From a virus, in the IMG/VR virus record IMGVR_UViG_3300045988_115954: a DNA stretch of 38,940 bases. One strand, written 5' to 3'. The notes beneath the pieces are model-generated. The model had not been told where the DNA came from. It did no database searches and saw nothing but the letters and a program-made list of their open reading frames with translations. Shown one piece after another: positions 15,998 to 22,649 of the stretch. The first letter of the stretch is position 1, and each line of letters starts with the position of its first letter. A program made the position numbers and the translations under genes.

Positions 15998-17924
15998 ATT
16001 CGCACCTCAATTCCTGATCTGACTCGCTGACCACAAGCCGGATCACCTGTGTCCCAGCATCCAGAAGCCTTGTTACACTCTCAGCATTATCAACCACAAG
16101 GGGGACTCTGATCCCATAGTGTTCAGAGATCGTGCGGATGACATCGACCCCAATGTTGATCCTCATCCCGTTATTCAGGGAGCTGTATGGGACGCCATCG
16201 TACATGACCTCGCAGCAATCATCCAGCCCGCCGTTGACCTGTTCACGGAAAAGGCGAAACCGGGCCAGTCCAAATTTTTGATTGATCCCGCTCTCAATAA
16301 ATTGGACCTTAAAGCGAGCAAACTCCTCGCAGAGAAACAGCCGCCTGTCTATCGCCTCCATCTCCTCAGCGGCTCTCTGAGCCTCCTGACGGAGGGCTGT
16401 CTCTCTGGCCTTGGCAAACTCCAGAGTCCCGGCCTTGCCGAGCTCCCTATCAAGCTGGTCTACCTCGACCCGCAGAGCCTGGATCTTTCTTCCGATCTCC
16501 TCCCGGATCGCAGACGTCTCGCTTGATATATCCTGGATCTCTGCTTTTGCGGCGAGGATCGCGCCTTGAAGCTCTCCGAGTTTGTCAGAGTAACCCGGCA
16601 TATCTTCAATCGTGGGCGCTGCGGCTGGGACATAAGCAGACAGTTCATCTGAGATACGGGATGCTTCGCACTCTGCGTCTACCGCATCCTGGATGTAACG
16701 CTCCCGGCGCGCCTCTGCCGCCCCTAAATCTCGCTTTAGAAGATCTGCCTGCTCCACCGCCTCTTTTTTTCGGCGCTCACGCTCCTGGAGAAATTTCCCG
16801 CGGGCTGCCTCCATTTGCGCTTGGGGCAGATCCTGCCCACACGTAGGGCATTGCGCTCCATCAAATTGCTTCTCATTTTCTTCTTTCCAGCGCTCCCGGC
16901 ATTTCTCAATCCGCTCGTTCAGGCTCTGGATCAGCTCTTTTTCATTGGAGGCCAGCTGAGACCATCGGACCATTTCTCTCTGTACCCGATCCAGGTCCTT
17001 CTGCATCTGAGGGCGCTTGTCCTCTGCCGGAAAGGTCTGGCTCTGTCTGTAAGCATTGTTCTCGTTCACGAGGGCGGAAAGCTCGTTCTGAAGCCTGATT
17101 AGATCATTTCGTTTGCTGTCCAGGAGCGCCCCGTGGTCCAGCTTAAGCAGTTCTCCCGTAAGCTGATCCATCTGCGCAGACTTCGCCGACCTCTGCTCTC
17201 GGACTTCCTCAAAATCCATGGTCGAAAGGGAGTCTATGATCCTCCGCTGTTCGTCAAGCCGGGCCGGGACTGTATTCCGGGCTCCATTGAGAGCCTTGCG
17301 CTGGGCAGTTAGCTTCTTTTTGTAGTCATCTAAGCTCAGTGCGCCCGCGCTGTCAAGCAGGCTGGAAAACTGCGGATTCTCCGCCATGATGAGCCTATCG
17401 TCCGGGACCTCGCAAACCTGGAACAGGGCTTTTCTTCGACTCTTCCAGTCCAGCCCCTCGCAGAACCAAGATACATTTGTCAGGACCCGAAACAGCTCTT
17501 CGTCCACGATCGATCCGACACGCTGCTCAAATTCATATTTTTTGACTGGAACCTCATCCACAAAATATTCGCTTGTGTTGCCGTCATAGGTTTCTGTGGC
17601 ACTTCCGCGCTTTGTGGACCACTTTTCAAAGTAGGTCTTTTTCAGCCTGGTCTCGATCCCGTCTGTGAGCAGTGCAGCCTCCACAGAAGTTACGGCAGCA
17701 TGGTCCTTCACTTTGTTGTCCGGTCCAAGGGGTTTGATCTCAAAGTCGCCGCGGCCCCGGCTGTCCTTTCCAAACAGGAGCCACGTCAGGGCGTCATAGA
17801 TCGTAGTCTTTCCTGTGGCGTTATCCCCATAGATGGAAGCGGACTGGCCGCCAAAGTCCAGCGTCAGCGTTTCGCACCCCTTAAAATTTCTGAGGCTCAA
17901 TGTTAAAATCTTGATCTCTCGCAT
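15987..17924 (-). CDS. SMC/Rad50/SbcC-like AAA ATPase with a zinc hook
   Basis: Walker A GDNATGKTT, long coiled coils, a central CPTCGQ hook and a C-terminal VVDNAES Walker B/D-loop. Confidence 0.85.
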   Translation of the reverse strand: MREIKILTLSLRNFKGCETLTLDFGGQSASIYGDNATGKTTIYDALTWLLFGKDSRGRGDFEIKPLGPDNKVKDHAAVTSVEAALLTDGIETRLKKTYFEKWSTKRGSATETYDGNTSEYFVDEVPVKKYEFEQRVGSIVDEELFRVLTNVSWFCEGLDWKSRRKALFQVCEVPDDRLIMAENPQFSSLLDSAGALSLDDYKKKLTAQRKALNGARNTVPARLDEQRRIIDSLSTMDFEEVREQRSAKSAQMDQLTGELLKLDHGALLDSKRNDLIRLQNELSALVNENNAYRQSQTFPAEDKRPQMQKDLDRVQREMVRWSQLASNEKELIQSLNERIEKCRERWKEENEKQFDGAQCPTCGQDLPQAQMEAARGKFLQERERRKKEAVEQADLLKRDLGAAEARRERYIQDAVDAECEASRISDELSAYVPAAAPTIEDMPGYSDKLGELQGAILAAKAEIQDISSETSAIREEIGRKIQALRVEVDQLDRELGKAGTLEFAKARETALRQEAQRAAEEMEAIDRRLFLCEEFARFKVQFIESGINQKFGLARFRLFREQVNGGLDDCCEVMYDGVPYSSLNNGMRINIGVDVIRTISEHYGIRVPLVVDNAESVTRLLDAGTQVIRLVVSESDQELRCEYGA

Positions 17925-17939
17925 GCTCTCTTCCTCCGT

Positions 17940-18065
17940 TTATTTCCCCACGACCCAAAATGCAAATGCCATACCGCCCCAGAAGGTCAGGCAGAGCATT
18001 GCGCCGATCCCGATCATCCACCGGATCTCTCGGGCCCTCTGGCGGCGTTCTTCTCGTGTTCTCAT
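17940..18065 (-). CDS. Small membrane peptide (41 aa)
   Basis: Sequence MRTREERRQRAREIRWMIGIGAMLCLTFWGGMAFAFWVVGK. Its ATG overlaps the upstream stop codon. Confidence 0.4.
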   Translation of the reverse strand: MRTREERRQRAREIRWMIGIGAMLCLTFWGGMAFAFWVVGK

Positions 18066-18142
18066 TTCTTTCTCCTATCCCATATGTCCCAAATTATCAG
18101 CGCCATTGCCACGATGATACAGGCGTATGCGCCCACGAGCAT
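18062..18142 (-). CDS. Possible tiny membrane peptide (26 aa)
   Basis: Sequence MLVGAYACIIVAMALIIWDIWDRRKK. The SD is weak and the ATGA overlaps the next ORF. Confidence 0.25.
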   Translation of the reverse strand: MLVGAYACIIVAMALIIWDIWDRRKK

Positions 18143-18146
18143 CCAC

Positions 18147-18341
18147 TCACGCAAGCTGCTTCCCTCCCAATGTCATCAAATAAAACCACTGCTCCTGAGT
18201 GAGACAAACCTCCTGCTCGTCCAGGAGCTTTGCGATAGAGCCCTCGCCGCAGCCGATCTCATGGGCAAGGCCCCTTTGTGAGAGCTGGTGCCGTTCCATA
18301 GCTCGCTGGGTGATGCGGCGGATGACCTCATTCGGCGTCAT
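18147..18341 (-). CDS. XRE-type HTH protein (64 aa)
   Basis: HTH segment LSQRGLAHEIGCGEGSIAKLL. Confidence 0.7.
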   Translation of the reverse strand: MTPNEVIRRITQRAMERHQLSQRGLAHEIGCGEGSIAKLLDEQEVCLTQEQWFYLMTLGGKQLA

Positions 18342-18495
18342 CGTCTCGCCTCCCCATATACCGGATCAGCTCATCAAACGTCATGCCATATACCTGAGTG
18401 TTCAGCCAATCCATTTGGTTTTTGACATCGCCGCCAAGCTCTCCGAGCTCCTTAATGGAGCTGAGGCGTCCGATTTTTGTCTCTTTCTCTGCCAT
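18328..18495 (-). CDS. Small hypothetical protein (55 aa)
   Basis: Sequence MAEKETKIGRLSSIKELGELGGDVKNQMDW.... It overlaps the next start and is below the track cutoff. Confidence 0.45.
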   Translation of the reverse strand: MAEKETKIGRLSSIKELGELGGDVKNQMDWLNTQVYGMTFDELIRYMGRRDDDAE

Positions 18496-18513
18496 ATTTT
18501 TTTCCTTTCCGGC

Positions 18514-18542
18514 TTGACAGAGAACGAATGTTCTAGTATCAT
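18514..18542 (+). promoter_or_regulatory. Plus-strand promoter TTGACA-17-TATCAT with a LexA-type box (aGAACgaatGTTCt, 18522-18533) in the spacer
   Basis: Read directly. The box matches the Firmicute GAAC-N4-GTTC (Cheo box) core. Confidence 0.55.
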
Positions 18543-18619
18543 ATATCCATCAAGCCTAATTGCCTACTCAGTTAGGTTTGCCAGCCCTCGTCGGTGTTCC
18601 CGCACCGGTGGGGGCATCC

Positions 18620-18883
18620 TTATACCATTCCGCGGCTCTGTACGATTGCCTTAGCCACAAGATCTGTTTCGTAGCCCCGTTTTCTCGGGCCCATTCGGAC
18701 CGCTGGAACATCGTGCTCCTGGGCCCATCGGTCACCAATGGATGCCCTTGAACAGTAGCCCATCTCTCGAGCAACGTCTACGGGGGACATGATCCCGCCG
18801 TGTCTCTCATACAGCAGCCGACGCTTTTCAGCGATCGCTTTCCCCAGAGCGCTTTCTGTTCGCTGGGTCTCTCTTCTTTGCAT
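18620..18883 (-). CDS. Putative DNA-binding protein (excisionase/HTH_17-like)
   Basis: 87 aa. SD AAAGGAGGAG. The segment MSPVDVAREMGYCSRASIGDRW looks HTH-like. The functional guess is weak. Confidence 0.5.
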   Translation of the reverse strand: MQRRETQRTESALGKAIAEKRRLLYERHGGIMSPVDVAREMGYCSRASIGDRWAQEHDVPAVRMGPRKRGYETDLVAKAIVQSRGMV

Positions 18884-18918
18884 GGCTCCTCCTTTCTGCC
18901 GCAGATGCGGCGTTTTGG

Positions 18919-18947
18919 TTGTCCGCCTCCCCCTTCTGTGATAAAAT
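18919..18947 (+). promoter_or_regulatory. Promoter TTGTCC-17-TGaTAAAAT (extended -10)
   Basis: Read directly, upstream of the 18974 ATG. Confidence 0.5.
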
Positions 18948-18973
18948 ATAAGCGGGTGGAAGGAGGTGAAGCT

Positions 18974-19420
18974 ATGGATTTTGGGGATTGGCCTGCTTGG
19001 GTTGCTCTTTCATCTGCCATCATTTCTCCCGTTGTAACCGTTTACTTAAATAATAGACATCAAGAAAAAATGGAGCTAATGAGGCAAAAAGCTGAGATTG
19101 CAAACTCAATTTCAATTGCCTGCGAGGAAATTTTATCTGTATCCTATATGGACGCAAAAGATTTCCCAGGGTTTTCACGCAATGTAATGTCCGCTTCTGG
19201 GCTTTGCGGACATGTGTTTACAACTGAAGTCTTTTACGCTGCCCGCTCTATTGAAATTTCAGCTCACTCCGGTAAAAAAATCAAAGACATAACTCTAGTA
19301 CTCAAAAACAGTAGAAATATTTTTTATTCTGAATGGGCTATTGAGATATGCAGTAGACTTATGGAAAAGAGAAATGAAATGCTACTAACAGGATTACAGA
19401 AAAGGAAAGTGCGGCAATAA
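18974..19420 (+). CDS. Membrane-anchored protein (148 aa) in an AT-rich, opposite-sense moron
   Basis: SD GGAAGGAGGTG. The N-terminal transmembrane (TM) segment is WPAWVALSSAIISPVVTVYL. GC content looks clearly lower than in the flanks. Confidence 0.6.
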   Translation: MDFGDWPAWVALSSAIISPVVTVYLNNRHQEKMELMRQKAEIANSISIACEEILSVSYMDAKDFPGFSRNVMSASGLCGHVFTTEVFYAARSIEISAHSGKKIKDITLVLKNSRNIFYSEWAIEICSRLMEKRNEMLLTGLQKRKVRQ

Positions 19421-19529
19421 TTAGTCCGTTTATCTCACGATCAAAGGCGAAACAGATAGCGATATATGCGACTTCAACGAGAGACAATCCAAAAGCAAAC
19501 CACTGAAGAATGTCCAGCCCTCCATTCAT
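19359..19529 (-). CDS. Possible small two-TM protein (56 aa), antisense to the 3' end of 18974-19420
   Basis: Sequence MNGGLDILQWFAFGLSLVEVAYIAICFAFDREINGLIIAALSFSVILLVAFHFSFP. A GGAG lies 11 nt upstream. It is uncertain whether both overlapping ORFs are real. Confidence 0.3.
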   Translation of the reverse strand: MNGGLDILQWFAFGLSLVEVAYIAICFAFDREINGLIIAALSFSVILLVAFHFSFP

Positions 19530-19545
19530 TTAACTTTAATCTCCA

Positions 19546-19662
19546 TTATTGCGCTGAAAGGACAATGCAGCTATTAACAAGCGCCGCAACTGCCATTGCA
19601 AGTACAGACCATTGGACCACCTCATAGATTATGGGGTGGTTTTCTTTTAACCAAAGCCACAT
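19546..19662 (-). CDS. Small membrane peptide (38 aa)
   Basis: Sequence MWLWLKENHPIIYEVVQWSVLAMAVAALVNSCIVLSAQ. SD GAGGGGGTG. Confidence 0.4.
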   Translation of the reverse strand: MWLWLKENHPIIYEVVQWSVLAMAVAALVNSCIVLSAQ

Positions 19663-19693
19663 GTGTTTCACCCCCTCTTCATTCCACGCCCCG

Positions 19694-19870
19694 TCAGGGG
19701 CGGGCCTCTTTTTCTCCGTTGGTCTTCTCCGCTTTCCTTCGCTTCCGGGTGGGTTTGTCCCGGCACCCCTCCGCATATCCAGCGATATAAAGGAGGGCTT
19801 CTTTGGGTAGTCCGGTCAACTTCTCGGCCACAGTCTGGGCGTCTGACACTCTATCAAGGTTTATGCTCAT
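19694..19870 (-). CDS. First early gene (Cro position), 58 aa
   Basis: ATG 19870 follows GTAGGAGGTG. It is divergent from the repressor gene. No clear HTH was seen. Confidence 0.55.
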   Translation of the reverse strand: MSINLDRVSDAQTVAEKLTGLPKEALLYIAGYAEGCRDKPTRKRRKAEKTNGEKEARP

Positions 19871-19908
19871 TGGTTCACCTCCTACACTTAGTTTTCTAGC
19901 TCGGTTAT

Positions 19909-19937
19909 AAAATAACATAACTTAGCTAGAATGTCAA
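19909..19937 (-). promoter_or_regulatory. Candidate early lytic promoter TTGACA-17-TATTTT
   Basis: Read on the minus strand. It is embedded among repeated ACTYAG / TCTAGCT-AGCTAGA motifs (19885-19960) that look like operators. Confidence 0.45.
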
Positions 19938-19967
19938 GTCATTTTTATAACTCAGTTAAATTTTTTC

Positions 19968-19996
19968 TTGACTTCTTTTTATCTTTGTGATTTAAT
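19968..19996 (+). promoter_or_regulatory. Candidate repressor promoter TTGACT-17-TTTAAT
   Basis: Read directly, 25 nt upstream of the GTG start. Confidence 0.55.
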
Positions 19997-20021
19997 ATGT
20001 ATCAGACAGGAGGTGTAAAAA

Positions 20022-20390
20022 GTGGAGACCATCAATGATCGAATTGCGTGGTGTGTAAAGGACAGCAAACTCACAAAAACTGCATTTTCTGAAAAACTAA
20101 ATGTTTCTCAAGCATTTATTTCTCAGTTGTGTTCTGGCGCAAAAATGCCCAGCGACCGCACTATTGCCGATATTTGCCGTGAGTTTAATATTTCCGAACT
20201 ATGGCTGCGAACTGGAGAAGGTGAACCTCATATTCAGCGAGATGAGGATGAAGAGTTCCTTGAGGTTATGGAACAGATTCATATGTCAGACGATGAGCTC
20301 ATCAAGCGGATCATCAAGGCATATTGGTTTATGGAGGATGAAGAAAAAGCCGCCATCAGAAAACTGATAGACGGCTTTACAAAAAAATAA
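20022..20390 (+). CDS. CI-like XRE-family repressor without a peptidase S24 domain
   Basis: 122 aa. GTG start after AGGAGG. The HTH is LTKTAFSEKLNVSQAFISQLCSG. The C-terminal half is acidic and helical, with no Ser/Lys autocleavage module. Confidence 0.85.
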   Translation: METINDRIAWCVKDSKLTKTAFSEKLNVSQAFISQLCSGAKMPSDRTIADICREFNISELWLRTGEGEPHIQRDEDEEFLEVMEQIHMSDDELIKRIIKAYWFMEDEEKAAIRKLIDGFTKK

Positions 20391-20414
20391 GGCCCCGGTT
20401 TCCCGGAGCCTTTT
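20391..20414. terminator. Bidirectional hairpin terminator between convergent genes
   Basis: Hairpin ggccccgg-tttc-ccggagcc (one mismatch) with T-runs on both strands. Confidence 0.6.
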
Positions 20415-20416
20415 AA

Positions 20417-20551
20417 TCACTTCTTATATATCTTTTCAAGGATGAGGGCCCGTGTAAGCAGGGATTTTAAATAATTTTCATCTTTGTTTCTATCTAGGAC
20501 AAGTTCTATTTCTTTTTTGAGTATATCTACATTCTCGTTCTTTTGTTCCAT
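20417..20551 (-). CDS. 44-aa helical protein, candidate SOS-controlled antirepressor
   Basis: Sequence MEQKNENVDILKKEIELVLDRNKDENYLKSLLTRALILEKIYKK. SD GGGAGGG. It lies downstream of the LexA-box promoter and is below the track cutoff. Confidence 0.45.
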   Translation of the reverse strand: MEQKNENVDILKKEIELVLDRNKDENYLKSLLTRALILEKIYKK

Positions 20552-20586
20552 GAAGTGCCCTCCCGTCATCTTTTTTGCATGGCTCA

Positions 20587-20615
20587 ATTATAGAACTTGT
20601 GTTCTAGTTTTGCAA
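20587..20615 (-). promoter_or_regulatory. Minus-strand promoter TTGCAA-17-TATAAT with a LexA-type box (TAGAACacaaGTTCTA, 20591-20606) filling the spacer
   Basis: Read directly. The palindrome has perfect 6-bp arms and matches the GAAC-N4-GTTC core. Confidence 0.6.
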
Positions 20616-20711
20616 TACATATTTTACCTAAATTTTAGTGCAGATTTTTTCCATTAGTGCCTTCCAGAAAGTCCAAAAAATTGGACATTTTGTATGTTAG
20701 GAGAGAGAAAA

Positions 20712-21431
20712 ATGAAAATCAAGCTAGTTTGTATTGTGTCTGTGCTTGCTCTTCTCACTTCCTGCGCACCAAGGGGCGGGACATCCTCCGTTTCTTCGCC
20801 TGACGTTTCTCAAGAGCCCACTCCCGCATCAGCATCTTCTAGCAGTACAAGCGCTCCATCCGAAGAAGATTTGGCAGAACAGTCTGCCATTGACTGCCTT
20901 TCTGCTTATTACTCCGGGGAAGATATCTATTCTACATCCATCAACGGAACGAAAATAGAGGTTGAGATAATGTCTCCCTATTCGGCGTCTGACAGTGCGC
21001 CGGAGGATTGGGCTACTATACAATCAACTTTGCAGCAGGCTTGCTCTGATCTTCAGTCCAGTATGGCAGAGTTTGACATCCAGACGGCGATCCTATATTT
21101 CATTGATTCCGAGGAAAACAACCTCCTAACTGTCATGAATGGGAAAATCGGATATGACGCTTTTGGAGGCGAGTATGCCAGTGCTACAGACAATCCCCCC
21201 ACAATCAGCCTTGAGGAGTTTGAGGCGATTCAGACGGGAATGTCCTATCAAGAAGTTTTTGATATTGTAGGTTCCAGGGGGACCGTCCTATCTGAAGTTG
21301 ATGTTGGTTTGGGGGATGAATACTACACTGCGGTCTACTACTGGGACGGTGAGGGTAGCTTGGGAGCTAACGCCAATATTACTTTCCAGGGCGGAAAGGT
21401 TTCGGCTAAAGCGCAGTTTGGGCTCGAGTGA
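20712..21431 (+). CDS. Lipoprotein with a DUF3862-like C-terminal domain
   Basis: The signal peptide MKIKLVCIVSVLALLTSC carries an L-T-S-C lipobox. A Ser/Pro-rich linker follows. The C-terminus ISLEEFEAIQTGMSYQEVFDIVG...ITFQGGKVSAKAQFGL fits DUF3862 as I recall it. Confidence 0.8.
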   Translation: MKIKLVCIVSVLALLTSCAPRGGTSSVSSPDVSQEPTPASASSSSTSAPSEEDLAEQSAIDCLSAYYSGEDIYSTSINGTKIEVEIMSPYSASDSAPEDWATIQSTLQQACSDLQSSMAEFDIQTAILYFIDSEENNLLTVMNGKIGYDAFGGEYASATDNPPTISLEEFEAIQTGMSYQEVFDIVGSRGTVLSEVDVGLGDEYYTAVYYWDGEGSLGANANITFQGGKVSAKAQFGLE

Positions 21432-21433
21432 AG

Positions 21434-21676
21434 ATGTCTATGAACCATCTCAACCCCGAAAATATCACCTCATGGACGGTAGAGCGCATCAAGTCCCTTG
21501 ACGATGACTCGTTCTGCGCTGAAGCTCGTGCGTTCCTTACCTACGCCCGATCCCACAAGGGGGAACTGTCAGAGGAGGAGCTGCGGCATATCATCCAGCA
21601 GACTGAGCAGATCAACGCCGAGCTGGGCCGGAGAGAGAAGAGGAGGAAGGGGCTGTTTGGGTTTTTGGGGAAATAA
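21434..21676 (+). CDS. Hypothetical protein (80 aa)
   Basis: It is coupled to the lipoprotein gene stop codon. The start is uncertain (GTG 21428 or ATG 21434/21440). Confidence 0.5.
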   Translation: MSMNHLNPENITSWTVERIKSLDDDSFCAEARAFLTYARSHKGELSEEELRHIIQQTEQINAELGRREKRRKGLFGFLGK

Positions 21677-21724
21677 AAGCCCCGCCCGAGGTGGCGAGGA
21701 TGAGAAACTAGAAAGGATAATTGT

Positions 21725-22549
21725 ATGGGAGATAAAAAGACAGCAATCAAGTTGTTTGAAAGTAAGGAAATCAGAACAGCTTGGGATTCTGAAAAAGAGG
21801 AATGGTATTTTTCAATCCAAGATGTTGTAGAGGCGTTAACTGATAGTGCAGATGTAAAACAGTATATTAAAAAGATGAAATCCAGAGACCCAGAATTAAA
21901 TTTGAACTGGGGTACAATTTGTACCCTGGTTACAATGACGGCTGCTGATGGAAAATCTAGACGTGTACAAGCAACCGACACCAAAGGAATGTTGAGAATT
22001 ATCCAGTCTATATCATCTCCTAAAGCAGAGCCTTTCAAACAATGGCTTGCCATGGTAGGTAGCCAGCGTTTAGACGAAACAGCTGATCCTGAATTGGCAA
22101 TTCAAAGGGCCCTTTATAATTACAAGAAAAAGGGGTATTCCGACAAATGGATCACACAACGGCTTAAATCTATTGAATTTCGCAAAGAGCTTACCGATGA
22201 GTGGGACCGGGCCGGGATTAAAGACTTAGAGTATGCAATTCTCACCAACGAATTAACAAAAGCATGGGCTGGAATGACTACAGGGGAATATAAAGCATAC
22301 AAGGGACTGAAAAAGGAAAGCCTCCGGGACAATATGACAAATACTGAATTAGTCCTTAATATGCTTGCGGAAGTATCCACAACCGAAATTTCAAGAGCTA
22401 CCAACCCACAAGGACTCGAGCCAAGCAAAAAGGTTGCACAACAAGGTGGTGCCATCGCCAAAAACGCCCGGCAAGAACTAGAGGAGAAAACAGGGAAATC
22501 TGCAATTTCCAAGCATACAGCAAAAGACATAAAGGAACTTGATAAATAA
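21725..22549 (+). CDS. BRO-N domain / DinD-like (DNA-damage-inducible protein D-like) protein
   Basis: The N-terminus IRTAWDSEKEEWYFSIQDVVEALT is BRO-N-like. The C-terminal part LKKESLRDNMTNTELVLNMLAEVSTTEI parallels E. coli DinD. Confidence 0.75.
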   Translation: MGDKKTAIKLFESKEIRTAWDSEKEEWYFSIQDVVEALTDSADVKQYIKKMKSRDPELNLNWGTICTLVTMTAADGKSRRVQATDTKGMLRIIQSISSPKAEPFKQWLAMVGSQRLDETADPELAIQRALYNYKKKGYSDKWITQRLKSIEFRKELTDEWDRAGIKDLEYAILTNELTKAWAGMTTGEYKAYKGLKKESLRDNMTNTELVLNMLAEVSTTEISRATNPQGLEPSKKVAQQGGAIAKNARQELEEKTGKSAISKHTAKDIKELDK

Positions 22550-22649
22550 AAATCCCCACCCGGCGCTACCAACACCGGGCAGGGAAGGGGGGCAGAAGCT
22601 ATGATTGGCAATCTGCCCTTCTATTTTATCAGAATGGGAGGCGTTGTCA

